Source: an uncultured Candidatus Saccharibacteria bacterium (GTDB lineage: Bacteria > Patescibacteriota > Minisyncoccia > Phycocordibacterales > UBA9973). From it: a stretch of 64,000 nucleotides of DNA. Where the stretch lies: NCBI GenBank assembly GCA_964473175.1, contig CAYYNN010000001.1:408-64407 (forward strand). Direction: 5' to 3'. Position 1 is the first letter of the stretch. Each line of letters starts with the position of its first letter. Positions 10,097-19,715 of the stretch are shown here, piece by piece. The notes beneath the pieces were generated by a model, which was not told the origin of the DNA, made no database searches, and worked only from the letters and a program-made list of their open reading frames with translations. Position numbers and translations under genes: made by a program.

Positions 10097-10375
10097 ATGA
10101 AAGAAAAGCTGATCGATACGGTATTTGCACACACGGTGCGAGCTGTCGTACGCACTATCCCTAAAGGGAGTGTGATGACGTATAGTGGCGTTGCTGATAA
10201 AGCAGGATACTCAGGAGCAGCACGCGCTGTTGGTGCCATCATGAAAAATAACTATGACACCACAGTGCCATGTCATCGCGTGATCCGTAGTGACGGGAAC
10301 ATAGGTCAATACAATCGAGGGGGCTCTCGTGCCAAACGCGCATTGTTGATCAAAGAAGGTGTAGTACTTAAATAA
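10097..10375 (+). CDS. MGMT-family O6-alkylguanine alkyltransferase (DNA-binding/active-site domain only)
   Basis: IPKGSVMTYSGVA..ARAVG..VPCHRVI. Confidence 0.88.
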   Translation: MKEKLIDTVFAHTVRAVVRTIPKGSVMTYSGVADKAGYSGAARAVGAIMKNNYDTTVPCHRVIRSDGNIGQYNRGGSRAKRALLIKEGVVLK

Positions 10376-10402
10376 ACGTGATTATATTGCTATACTCCAC
10401 GT

Positions 10403-11140
10403 ATGAAAAAATTCTTCACCATACTACTTGTAGTGCTCACCTGTGTCGGTATCAACAGAGCCCACGCTATTGCTACTATTCCAGATCAAGCCGTATGGAT
10501 AACTCCGGCGGATGCAAAAATAGGAGACAGTATTGAGGTTAACGCGCTTGTGTATAACGATGCAGATGCAACAATAAGTGTCTTGGTTGGTTTTACAACA
10601 AATGATGCTGTTATCGGAAATACTTCAGAAATTATCATTCCTGCAAAAACTGCTAAAGTTGCTACAGTACAATGGAAACTGCCTGAAACAAGTACGGTTG
10701 TTACTGCAACCATTACAAAGGCTTCATCAACAAAAAAAGATGTTGTAGCACCAAAAGGATTGTTAGGAACCGTCACTATTGGAGGGACAGCACGAACTAC
10801 CGGATCGGGGATCCTTGCAAAGGTGACTGGCGCAATCGAGGGTTACCGTGAACACGAACTTCAGTATTTCACTGCACTTCTTGTAAAAAGTCAGGCAGTG
10901 TTGGGGGCAATGACTATCAAAGAAGTAGCTGTGTTGATCAAGGGTGGTACACCTACTACGTCAACGACTCATACAGAAAATGAAACAGATGTAAAGAAAT
11001 CTGCGCATACAATAGACTATGTGACCTTTGGCTATGCTTCAGCCGGTAAAGCCTTTTTCTCTCATAAAGCGTTGTACTATGTGGTACTTATTGTATTCGT
11101 ACTCTTCATTATCCGCTTTATCGTCAGCAGATTGCTCTAG
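10403..11140 (+). CDS. Hypothetical exported protein with Ig-like N-domain and C-terminal TM
   Basis: Signal peptide (AHA|I), beta-rich segment, C-terminal hydrophobic helix. Confidence 0.65.
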   Translation: MKKFFTILLVVLTCVGINRAHAIATIPDQAVWITPADAKIGDSIEVNALVYNDADATISVLVGFTTNDAVIGNTSEIIIPAKTAKVATVQWKLPETSTVVTATITKASSTKKDVVAPKGLLGTVTIGGTARTTGSGILAKVTGAIEGYREHELQYFTALLVKSQAVLGAMTIKEVAVLIKGGTPTTSTTHTENETDVKKSAHTIDYVTFGYASAGKAFFSHKALYYVVLIVFVLFIIRFIVSRLL

Positions 11141-11175
11141 GTGCCAAGGCTATAGAAATTGTGATACCATAAGGC

Positions 11176-11469
11176 ATGATCAGGACTATTTTGTGGACTA
11201 TTCTTATAGGGGTATCTGTTCTTTGGATGCCTGTATGGTTTCAAATAACGCTGTTTATATTTGCTATTGTGTTCCTACCGTATCGTTTAGTATTACTTAT
11301 TCCTGCCATTTTTGCTGATGCGCTCTATGCAACCAATACATCACTTACTTTGGGGCATTTCAAAATGACCTTTCTCATTGGTGCCATGATAGTACTCTGG
11401 TATGTCATTGTGACGCAAACGAGATTAACAACTACGCATGTTCAACATTTTAAAAAGACATCGAAATAA
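11176..11469 (+). CDS. Small integral membrane protein (possibly MreD-like)
   Basis: Very hydrophobic; overlaps the PBP2 gene. MreD identity inferred from position only. Confidence 0.55.
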   Translation: MIRTILWTILIGVSVLWMPVWFQITLFIFAIVFLPYRLVLLIPAIFADALYATNTSLTLGHFKMTFLIGAMIVLWYVIVTQTRLTTTHVQHFKKTSK

Positions 11470-13114
11470 AAAAAGAAGAATAATGGAGCTCAATCCAGAT
11501 GAGATTTTGCTTGATGTTCATAACTTGCCGGCATTTGATCGGCAGCAGTTTGAAGGTCGCCTAGAAAAGCCTATTGCGAAACGATCACTTCGAGGATTGA
11601 TTGTTGTGATGATTATTGCCGCTGTCTTTTTCACTGGACGTCTTGGATATTTACAAATATCACGCGCTGTATATTACCAAACAAAAAGTGAGCAAAATAG
11701 TTTGGACCACACACCCATCATCGCAGATCGAGGTCTCGTATATGATCGAAATGGTGTTGAACTTGCATGGAACAGTATCAGTCCTACCGGGCCGACGATG
11801 CGTTCGTATATTCAAGCTCCTGGTTTTGCAAACTTGCTCGGCTATGTCTCGTACCCAACGAAAGATAAATCAGGAAAATACTGGCAGTCACAAACCGTTG
11901 GTAAGGATGGTATTGAACAACAGTTCAATACTGCGTTGGCTGGAATAAACGGTACAAAACTTATTGAAACAAATGTATCTGGAGACATTATTTCTGAAAA
12001 TACGATTGATGCGCCAACACAGGGAGATAACATTACGCTTACTATTGATGCGAAAGTTCAAGAAGTACTCGCAAATGGAATAAAAGATCTTGCACATCAG
12101 TCTGGGTATGTCGGTGGGGCAGGAGCCGTGATGGACTTGACAACTGGGCACTTGCTCGCAATGACAACGTACCCAGAATACAACCAGCAGATCATTTCAG
12201 AGGGCAGTGATGTCGCCACAATCAAAGGATATTTCAATGATGCAAGTCGACCATTTCTCAATCGAATGATCGATGGTCTTTATACGCCGGGATCTATCGT
12301 CAAACCGTTTCTCTTGCTTGCAGCCCTTAATGAAGGTATCATCACACCCAACAAGGTGATATACACAACAGGATCATTGAAAGTTCCAAACCCGTACAAC
12401 CCAAGCCAGCCAACCATTTTTAAGGACAATGCAAACCATGACGCTGTTGATATGAAAAAGGCGATTGCAGTATCATCTAACGTCTACTTTTATCAAATAG
12501 GTGGCGGATTTGGAGATCAAAAAGGGCTTGGAATCAACAACATTGAGAAGTATATGGGACTCTTTGGTATAGGAAAAAAAACTGGCTTTAGTTCAAAAGA
12601 ACTTGCCGGTACGGTGCCGAGTATTGCATGGAAAGCAAAAAACTTTCCTGGAGATGCCTGGCGTATCGGAGATACCTACAACACATCGATTGGGCAGTAT
12701 GGATTTCAGGTTACTCCCATACAGATGTTGCGGGCAGTTGCAGGTATTGCATCACGAGGCACAATGGTAACACCAACACTTGTTGCGGGTAAGATAGGCC
12801 CAACGGAGAAGTTGCCATTTAGTACTGACGAATACGATGCAGTCTATGAAGGTATGCGCATGGTGGTCACTGATGGGACTGCGCGCTCGTTGAACAACCC
12901 AAGCCTCCACGTCGCCGCAAAGACCGGTACGGCACAGATCAAAAAAAATACCCGCGTCAATACATGGGCTATCGGATTCTTTCCGTATGAAAACCCACGC
13001 TATGCATTCACTGTCCTCATGGAGAACGGCCCGTTGATTGAGAGTGGGGCCGCAAACGCATTCAAGCCGGTCGTGCAGCTGTTCGTAGATACTCCAGACC
13101 TTTTGACCCAATAG
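11438..13114 (+). CDS. mrdA: Penicillin-binding protein 2 (class B transpeptidase)
   Basis: RGLVYDRNG, GKDGIEQQFN, SxxK (GSIVKP), SxN (SSNV), KTGT. Confidence 0.88.
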   Translation: MFNILKRHRNKKRRIMELNPDEILLDVHNLPAFDRQQFEGRLEKPIAKRSLRGLIVVMIIAAVFFTGRLGYLQISRAVYYQTKSEQNSLDHTPIIADRGLVYDRNGVELAWNSISPTGPTMRSYIQAPGFANLLGYVSYPTKDKSGKYWQSQTVGKDGIEQQFNTALAGINGTKLIETNVSGDIISENTIDAPTQGDNITLTIDAKVQEVLANGIKDLAHQSGYVGGAGAVMDLTTGHLLAMTTYPEYNQQIISEGSDVATIKGYFNDASRPFLNRMIDGLYTPGSIVKPFLLLAALNEGIITPNKVIYTTGSLKVPNPYNPSQPTIFKDNANHDAVDMKKAIAVSSNVYFYQIGGGFGDQKGLGINNIEKYMGLFGIGKKTGFSSKELAGTVPSIAWKAKNFPGDAWRIGDTYNTSIGQYGFQVTPIQMLRAVAGIASRGTMVTPTLVAGKIGPTEKLPFSTDEYDAVYEGMRMVVTDGTARSLNNPSLHVAAKTGTAQIKKNTRVNTWAIGFFPYENPRYAFTVLMENGPLIESGAANAFKPVVQLFVDTPDLLTQ

Positions 13115-13140
13115 CTCGTTTGCTGTATAGTATCTGCTTT

Positions 13141-13599
13141 ATGAAGGAATATATAACACAAGCAAATAAAGACTCGCTCGAAGATGAGCTTATGTATCTC
13201 ACGACTATAAAAAGAAAGGAGATTATTACTGCGATTGAGTACGCTAAAAGTCTCGGAGACTTATCAGAAAATGCTGAGTATCATATCGCCCGCGAAGAAC
13301 AAGGCAAGCTCCAAGAACGTATCTCAGTGATCGAAGAAGTCCTCAGAAACAGTGTCGTGGTCAAACATACATCAAACGGTATTATAAATGTCGGATCAAA
13401 TGTCGTTATTAAAAAAAGTGGTGAATCACAAAATCGTACAATGACCATTGTTGGTAGTGAAGAGACTGATATGCTCTCAGGCAAGATATCCTACAAAAGT
13501 CCATTGGGGCAAGTACTCTATGGCAAAAAGGCAGGAGATACGGTCACTGTTATTACACCGAAAGGGGAAGTTGAGTACGAAATTATAAGCGTAAACTAG
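13141..13599 (+). CDS. greA: Transcription elongation factor GreA
   Basis: GDLSENAEY, ISYKSPLG. Confidence 0.95.
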   Translation: MKEYITQANKDSLEDELMYLTTIKRKEIITAIEYAKSLGDLSENAEYHIAREEQGKLQERISVIEEVLRNSVVVKHTSNGIINVGSNVVIKKSGESQNRTMTIVGSEETDMLSGKISYKSPLGQVLYGKKAGDTVTVITPKGEVEYEIISVN

Positions 13600-13609
13600 A
13601 CAAAGTAGC

Positions 13610-13638
13610 AAAAACCTTCTCAAATGAGAAGGTTTTTT
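13610..13638 (+). terminator. Bidirectional-type intrinsic terminator
   Basis: AAAAACCTTCTCA-AA-TGAGAAGGTTTTT. Confidence 0.85.
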
Positions 13639-13639
13639 G

Positions 13640-13710
13640 TTATCCACACCTATCCATTTGCAGCAGGGAAACACAGTGGGGTATAATGGTACTAAGTGGG
13701 AAGAAGTGGT
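13640..13710 (+). promoter_or_regulatory. mraZ promoter with MraZ boxes and a DnaA box
   Basis: TTATCCACA 13640-13648; GTGGG/ATGGT/GTGGG/GTGGT at 13676, 13686, 13696, 13706 (10-bp period); TATAAT 13682-13687. Confidence 0.8.
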
Positions 13711-13741
13711 AAATGTAGTAAAAGGAGAGTAGAGTTACGAA

Positions 13742-14173
13742 ATGCTAATCGGCGAATATATCCATTCTATTGATGACAAAAACCGTCTATCCTTTCCCAT
13801 AAAGTTTCGCAAAGAAATGGGCAAGACGGTGGTGATAGCTCCAGGGATAGAAAAGTCTCTCTTTGTGTTCACACCATCTCAATGGCAAAAAATGGTAGAT
13901 AGGCTCGCTGAAGGATCTTTGCAAGAAGAAAACCGAAGCTTCAGCCGTTACCTCATCGGAGGAGCCTCTGAAGTAGACGTTGATGCTAATGGCCGTATTT
14001 TGATACCAGAAGTACTCAAAACAAAATTGGGTATCAAAGATAAAGTTGCGATAGTCGGATTGTATACACGTGTTGAACTGTGGGAAGAGACAACATGGAA
14101 GCGATACAAAAAAGACGTTGAGACCAAGGCAGACAAACTTGCAAACCATCTGGGTAATGTGGGAGTACTCTAA
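13742..14173 (+). CDS. mraZ: Division/cell-wall cluster repressor MraZ
   Basis: GEYIHSIDDKNRLSFP and DANGRILIP repeats. Confidence 0.95.
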   Translation: MLIGEYIHSIDDKNRLSFPIKFRKEMGKTVVIAPGIEKSLFVFTPSQWQKMVDRLAEGSLQEENRSFSRYLIGGASEVDVDANGRILIPEVLKTKLGIKDKVAIVGLYTRVELWEETTWKRYKKDVETKADKLANHLGNVGVL

Positions 14174-14175
14174 TT

Positions 14176-15069
14176 ATGTCTCATACATCACTCCATATAC
14201 CAGTTCTTTTACAGGAAAGTATCGACGGTCTGTCCATTCAAAATGGTGACATTATTGTTGATGGTACATTTGGGGGTGGAGGACATTCATCAACAATACT
14301 CCAACAATATGGTGATACTATTTCACTGATCTGTGTTGATCTCGATGAAGCTGCAGCACTACGCTTCAAAGATATCATTGGTTCTCGAAAGAATACAACA
14401 TTTATTCATTCGAACTTCAAAAATGCAGATGCAATTTTGGATGAAGCTGGTATACACTCAGTAAATAAAGTATTACTTGATCTTGGCACAAGTACATTTC
14501 AACTACTCGCAGATACTCGCGGATTTTCATTTAACTCAGACACTCCACTTTCAATGGCATTTTCTGAAAATGGATCTCATACAGGATTTAATGCGTGGGA
14601 TATCGCCAATGAATGGAGCGAAAGTTCTATTGCAGACATTATTTATGCATATGGTGAAGATCGTGCAAGTCGCAAAATCGCTCGGGCTATTGTTGAAGCA
14701 AGAGCTTTGGGTCCTCTAAACACTGCCGTGCAGCTCGCAGAGGTTATCAAGGCAGCATTTAAAACACGAGGTCGTATACACCCGGCAACCAAAACATTTC
14801 AAGCATTCCGTATTGCTGTTAACGATGAGCTTGGAGTATTGCGAGAAGCATTGGATGCCTGGTGGGTCCGACTTGCACCAGGAGGTCGCATCGCCGTCAT
14901 TACTTTCCATAGTCTCGAAGATCGCATCGTAAAAGTTTGGATGAAGGCACAAACGAATGAACGCGTTATCACAAAAAAGCCCCTCATCGCACAGCAAGAA
15001 GAATTATTAGATAATCCTCGGTCACGGAGCGCTAAGCTACGAATCATCGAAAAAAACATAGAGCAATAA
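14176..15069 (+). CDS. rsmH: 16S rRNA m4C1402 methyltransferase
   Basis: HIPVLL, DGTFGGGGHS, FQAFRIAVNDEL, NPRSRSAKLR. Confidence 0.95.
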   Translation: MSHTSLHIPVLLQESIDGLSIQNGDIIVDGTFGGGGHSSTILQQYGDTISLICVDLDEAAALRFKDIIGSRKNTTFIHSNFKNADAILDEAGIHSVNKVLLDLGTSTFQLLADTRGFSFNSDTPLSMAFSENGSHTGFNAWDIANEWSESSIADIIYAYGEDRASRKIARAIVEARALGPLNTAVQLAEVIKAAFKTRGRIHPATKTFQAFRIAVNDELGVLREALDAWWVRLAPGGRIAVITFHSLEDRIVKVWMKAQTNERVITKKPLIAQQEELLDNPRSRSAKLRIIEKNIEQ

Positions 15070-15072
15070 CCA

Positions 15073-15414
15073 ATGATCGCAAAACTTCAACACACATTAG
15101 GCAACAGAGGCACATTTGATGTTAACAAAACATTGAAATCGATAGCGTTTTACTCTTGGATAACGGCTGGTATTCTTTTTACTGCATACTTATATTTTGT
15201 TGGTGCGATAACCTTTTCAGTCATAAAAGAAAAAGGGTTGCAACAAGACACGAAAGCACTCATTTCAACTATGGGGCAACAAGAACTACAATATCTTTCA
15301 GCTCAAAAAATGCTTACCAAGGAATATGCCATTCAGGCAGGATTTATAACTGCAAATACAATATCATTTGCGCAACCTCAAAAGGCTTTTGCTTGGAATG
15401 TTGGACGCGAATAA
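15073..15414 (+). CDS. FtsL-like bitopic protein
   Basis: One TM followed by a coiled segment; lies between rsmH and ftsI. Confidence 0.6.
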   Translation: MIAKLQHTLGNRGTFDVNKTLKSIAFYSWITAGILFTAYLYFVGAITFSVIKEKGLQQDTKALISTMGQQELQYLSAQKMLTKEYAIQAGFITANTISFAQPQKAFAWNVGRE

Positions 15415-17116
15415 ATTACATAGACAAAGAATACGCATCATCATTGGCATTGTTATGTTTGTGGGTGTTTTTGTTATTATTCGACTTTTTTCATTACAGA
15501 TTGTCCATTCTAATTTTTATAAAGACCGTGCTGAACGTCAATACATAACGCCATCCGGCGATAGTTTTGATCGAGGAAATATTTATTTCACATCCAAAGA
15601 TGGTACAACGGTTGCTGCTGCAACGGTTATAAATGGATTTAAGTTGGCGATTGCACCAAATATGGTCAAAGATCCAGATGCAACATATATGGCACTTAAC
15701 GATGTTGTAGTGATTGACCGAACGTCATTTATGGCAAGTGCATCCAAGAAAAATGATCCGTATGAAGAAATAGCGGATCATATAACGGCTGATAAAGCAG
15801 AGATAATAACCAAACTCGCATTACCAGGAGTATCGTTGTATCGGCAGAAGTGGCGTTTCTATCCAGGAGGTGATTTGGCTGCGAGAGTTGTGGGGTTTGT
15901 GTCATACAACAAAAATGACAAATTAACCGGAAACAATGGGCTTGAAGAATATTATAACGACGTACTCTCTAGAGATAGTGAGAACTTCTACGTTAACTTT
16001 TTTGCAGAAATTTTCTCAAATGTAAAATCGAGTGTTTTCAAAAACACTTCATCAACAGGAGATATCGTGACCACTATAGAACCGACAGTACAAGGTCAGT
16101 TACAACAAACGATAGATGCCATTCAGAAGAAATGGGGAAGCGATACTGTGGGGGGTGTCATAATGGATCCGTATACAGGAAACATTATTGCCATGTCGGG
16201 AATACCAACATTTGATCTCAATGCATATGGTTCAGTCAAAAATGCAAGTGTGTATACCAACCCTTTTGCACAAAGCAGGTTTGAAATGGGTTCTATCGTT
16301 AAGCCACTCATTATGGCCGCTGCTTTGGATAATGATATTGTCACACCTACCACGACATATAATGATTCCGGTTCAGTGACGATCAATGGCGCAACACTCA
16401 ATAACTTCGACAAAGTAGGTCGAGGAAACAATGTATCGATGCAGCGAGTACTTAACGAATCATTGAATACTGGAATGATTTATGTGGAGCAACATATGGG
16501 TAAACCACTATTCAAAGAGTATATTGTCAACAAATATAAGTTGGGAGAAAAAACGGGCATTGATTTACCAGGTGAGGTAAATGGATCAGTGGGTAGTCTC
16601 AAAGATAATAACGATATCAACTACGCAGCTGCATCATTTGGACAGGGCATTGCAACAAGCCCTATCAATATTGTTCGTGGTTTTGCAGCTCTTGCAAATG
16701 GAGGGACAATGGTGACACCGCATATTGCATCTAAAATCATCGAATCTAATGGTAAGACAACAGATATTGAGTACCCAGTCGGAGATCGGGTATTGAAGCC
16801 AGAAACTATCTCAACTATCACCAATATGCTTGTACACGTTGTTGATGACGGATATCACCGTGCGGTACCTCGGTATACTGTTGCGGCAAAAACAGGTACT
16901 GCTCAAATAGCGCGATCTGATGGAGGTGGATATTATACCGACCGCAATCTGCACTCACTCATTGGGTTTTTTCCAGCAAGTAAGCCTCGTTTTGTACTCT
17001 ATCTTTTTAACGTATATCCGAGGGGTGCGCTATACGCTATTCAGACACTAGGAGACCCTTTCTTTTCTATGGTAGACTTCATGAATAATTACTATGAAAT
17101 AACCCCAGACCGCTAA
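15398..17116 (+). CDS. ftsI: Division transpeptidase PBP3/FtsI-like
   Basis: RGNIY, R.YP.G.LA..VVG, GSIVKP, SLNTG, KTGT; dcw position. ATG at 15398 preferred. Confidence 0.85.
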   Translation: MLDANKLHRQRIRIIIGIVMFVGVFVIIRLFSLQIVHSNFYKDRAERQYITPSGDSFDRGNIYFTSKDGTTVAAATVINGFKLAIAPNMVKDPDATYMALNDVVVIDRTSFMASASKKNDPYEEIADHITADKAEIITKLALPGVSLYRQKWRFYPGGDLAARVVGFVSYNKNDKLTGNNGLEEYYNDVLSRDSENFYVNFFAEIFSNVKSSVFKNTSSTGDIVTTIEPTVQGQLQQTIDAIQKKWGSDTVGGVIMDPYTGNIIAMSGIPTFDLNAYGSVKNASVYTNPFAQSRFEMGSIVKPLIMAAALDNDIVTPTTTYNDSGSVTINGATLNNFDKVGRGNNVSMQRVLNESLNTGMIYVEQHMGKPLFKEYIVNKYKLGEKTGIDLPGEVNGSVGSLKDNNDINYAAASFGQGIATSPINIVRGFAALANGGTMVTPHIASKIIESNGKTTDIEYPVGDRVLKPETISTITNMLVHVVDDGYHRAVPRYTVAAKTGTAQIARSDGGGYYTDRNLHSLIGFFPASKPRFVLYLFNVYPRGALYAIQTLGDPFFSMVDFMNNYYEITPDR

Positions 17117-17119
17117 ACC

Positions 17120-17815
17120 ATGAACACTCCATTAAAACCATTCACTTTTTCTATTACTGACAACATCCGTACTGCATGGGCTACATTTAAACGTCATGCT
17201 TGGTTCTATGTTGGGATAACGATCATAATGGGACTATTAAACATCCCCGATTCATTAAAGGAAGAACAACATATAGTACTGACGATTGCGATATCTATTG
17301 TTTCTATTGTATTTTCATATATGTTGCTTTCTATATTCCTCAGGGCAGTCGATGGTAAGGATGAAGTGCTTCGTTTTAGTGCACTGCGAACGCATCTACC
17401 TACCTTTCATCAGTTCTTGATGATTATAGAAATTGGAATTCTCGTTGGACTGGCAGTACTTGGCGGACTAGTACTTCTTATTATTCCAGGAATATACATA
17501 CTCGTTCGTTTTTCACTTGCACAGTTTGCATATATTGATCGCAATGGGAGAGCGATTAACGCGCTCAGATATTCATGGAAACTGGTAACCAAAGATGTTT
17601 TTTGGACAGTACTTCTGACACTACTCACCGCTATTGTTCTGATTGTTGTTGGAGCAGTATTCTTTGGTATAGGATTGCTCGTTACATACCCGATAGCAAT
17701 GCTCTTGATCGCACAGCTCTATCGAGCGCTCACACTTCGCTCAGAGATTACAGAACCAGTTATTGTTGCAGGGGATGACATACCAGCAGATATCCCTGTT
17801 ATAGAGGTTGCATAA
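17120..17815 (+). CDS. Integral membrane protein (DUF975-like)
   Basis: LLIIPGIY...ALRYSWKL...LVTYP pattern. Confidence 0.7.
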   Translation: MNTPLKPFTFSITDNIRTAWATFKRHAWFYVGITIIMGLLNIPDSLKEEQHIVLTIAISIVSIVFSYMLLSIFLRAVDGKDEVLRFSALRTHLPTFHQFLMIIEIGILVGLAVLGGLVLLIIPGIYILVRFSLAQFAYIDRNGRAINALRYSWKLVTKDVFWTVLLTLLTAIVLIVVGAVFFGIGLLVTYPIAMLLIAQLYRALTLRSEITEPVIVAGDDIPADIPVIEVA

Positions 17816-17817
17816 AT

Positions 17818-17845
17818 AAAAGCCACTTCTTGGAAGTGGCTTTTT
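17818..17845. terminator. Bidirectional intrinsic terminator
   Basis: AAAAGCCACTTC-TTG-GAAGTGGCTTTT between convergent genes. Confidence 0.85.
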
Positions 17846-17852
17846 AGTTTCA

Positions 17853-18371
17853 TTAAAAACTAATTTTTTCTCGAATTTGCATAACAATTTTACCGTGTTC
17901 AAGGGCGTACACCTCTTTAATCTCATCGATTTGAAAGCGTTGTAATCCATCTTCTAATGCATCAACTAGTTTTTTTGGGTGAGTGGCAAGTAATCTTTTG
18001 CCGAGCTCTGGGTTTTGTTTGAATTTCTTGTATGTATACACACGGAGCATTCCTAATATGAAATGTTTCGTCCAATACGATGGTGTGGGCATACTTCTTT
18101 CCAAATCCTTGAGATCTGCAGGAATAGTTGTCACCGCAACTTTCTTTTTAATTGCAACATCTTTTGTTTTGTAACTCAAGATTGCATTTCGTACTGAAGG
18201 AAATAGTACGTCTCCTATCTGCAGTTGACAGGCATAATCATCACAGAGAAAGTGATGTCCACTTCCTGAAAATGAAAGAATGTGTGTTTCTGTTACATAT
18301 GGGTTATCCATGTTAAAAGTTTTCCTTTTTGTACCATTCTGATGCTCTAAAGTAAAGGTTTTATTTTCCAC
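17853..18371 (-). CDS. Divergent NADAR (YbiA)-fold protein
   Basis: KKFKQNPELGKRLLATHPKKLV and GKIVMQIRE match NADAR scaffolding motifs; conserved active-site residues are altered. Confidence 0.7.
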   Translation of the reverse strand: MENKTFTLEHQNGTKRKTFNMDNPYVTETHILSFSGSGHHFLCDDYACQLQIGDVLFPSVRNAILSYKTKDVAIKKKVAVTTIPADLKDLERSMPTPSYWTKHFILGMLRVYTYKKFKQNPELGKRLLATHPKKLVDALEDGLQRFQIDEIKEVYALEHGKIVMQIREKISF

Positions 18372-18456
18372 ATATCAGTATTGCGCTATTTGATCAAGAC
18401 TGTAATGATATAGATATACAGGTCGATATCTTATCAGCCAAGAGAGGATACCACTC

Positions 18457-18618
18457 ATGTTCACCAATCAATACAAGTCACTCCAGCGCCGATGGATGAC
18501 AGGCAAACTCAATCTCATTGCAGTAGCACGTCGTATGGGGTACAAGAAAGGGTCTCTCAGGAAGAGAGTATCTAAAGTTCATAAGGTACTAGCAGATATG
18601 GGTATTACGGTTCTCTAG
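18457..18618 (+). CDS. 53-aa basic HTH microprotein (sigma region-4-like), not in ORF track
   Basis: MFTNQYKSLQRRWMTGKLNLIAVARRMGYKKGSLRKRVSKVHKVLADMGITVL*; GAGAGGA 8 nt upstream; own terminator. Confidence 0.6.
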   Translation: MFTNQYKSLQRRWMTGKLNLIAVARRMGYKKGSLRKRVSKVHKVLADMGITVL

Positions 18619-18625
18619 TACAGTC

Positions 18626-18651
18626 AAAAAGCACCATGGTGGTGCTTTTTT
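18626..18651 (+). terminator. Intrinsic terminator
   Basis: AAAAAGCACCA-TGG-TGGTGCTTTTTT. Confidence 0.8.
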
Positions 18652-18742
18652 GTGTACAGTAATATTGTATCTATCTGTCTATTGACATATTATTATAATA
18701 TGCTATTATATAGATAAACAATCAAAACAAAAACATTTACAA

Positions 18743-19168
18743 ATGAAAAAAAGAGATATCGAACTCATGCAGCCTACCAGACAATACATGCGTGCATCTA
18801 TGATCAGTACGTTCTATACAGTACTAGTATGGTTAATAATCAATAGTATGGTACAGGTTCAAGGTCGAATGGTTATCTTAGAAATAATTACATTGATCTT
18901 TTGCTATCTCGTTTGTGTTACGCTTGTAGCAGCGAGGGGAATCAAAAAGGCCCAAAGACTACCGTATCAGTTTTTCGACGAGGATCAGTCAGTGAAAAAA
19001 CAAAAATCTTTTGCCACTGCTGACACATTATTTAAAAACAAAACGATTTCAATCTATGAACGTGCCAGAATGTTCCAATACATTCATGCACTGCTTCGGG
19101 CACAGAACACGATCAGTATCTTTAAGGGGCATACTACCCAGCAGTCATTGGCCGCGACAGGGAGTTGA
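18743..19168 (+). CDS. Hypothetical two-TM membrane protein
   Basis: TTGACA (18682), 16 bp, TATTAT promoter; A/C-rich leader; terminator downstream. Confidence 0.65.
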   Translation: MKKRDIELMQPTRQYMRASMISTFYTVLVWLIINSMVQVQGRMVILEIITLIFCYLVCVTLVAARGIKKAQRLPYQFFDEDQSVKKQKSFATADTLFKNKTISIYERARMFQYIHALLRAQNTISIFKGHTTQQSLAATGS

Positions 19169-19187
19169 TACTAACAGACGAGACAAT

Positions 19188-19218
19188 ACGCACTACAGAA
19201 ATGTGGTGCGTTTTTTTT
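19188..19218 (+). terminator. Intrinsic terminator
   Basis: ACGCACTACA-GAAA-TGTGGTGCGT followed by a T run. Confidence 0.8.
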
Positions 19219-19252
19219 CTTTACTTACTAGATCAAAAAAATAACATACCCA

Positions 19253-19621
19253 CTACTCTTGAGGAGAAATATCGTATATTTCTGATGGTGTGATAATTAG
19301 AAGGCCTTTGAGCACTCTGTTCGGAACGTTGTCGATGACCCATTGTCGTGCATTTTCATATACGGCTCCTTCTGCGACATACTCAACAGTTCCTTTTATT
19401 TGATATCCCTTCAACCCCGTCCAGCATGATAGTGCTATATTTGGATTTTCGATAATATTATCAAGTGTTTTTCTTAGAAAATAGTTCATGAGCCATATTG
19501 TATTGTTCTCAACACGTATAGTTGAAACAGGTACTACGTTAATCCCTCCTTTTCCGATACTGGCAAGGGCTTTATTTTGCGACTGTAATACCGCTTCAAT
19601 GATATCTGTTGATAGTGTCAT
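19253..19621 (-). CDS. Pyridoxamine 5'-phosphate oxidase-family (FMN split-barrel) protein
   Basis: LAS...NVVP...KTLDNIIENPNIAL...GYQIKG. Confidence 0.8.
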   Translation of the reverse strand: MTLSTDIIEAVLQSQNKALASIGKGGINVVPVSTIRVENNTIWLMNYFLRKTLDNIIENPNIALSCWTGLKGYQIKGTVEYVAEGAVYENARQWVIDNVPNRVLKGLLIITPSEIYDISPQE

Positions 19622-19715
19622 GATGTATGTATACACTCATTTGTTCGCATTCGCAAGCAGTATATATATGTCTGTTGCATAACAGTGTTGATGAAGTACA
19701 ATGTATGATATACAT

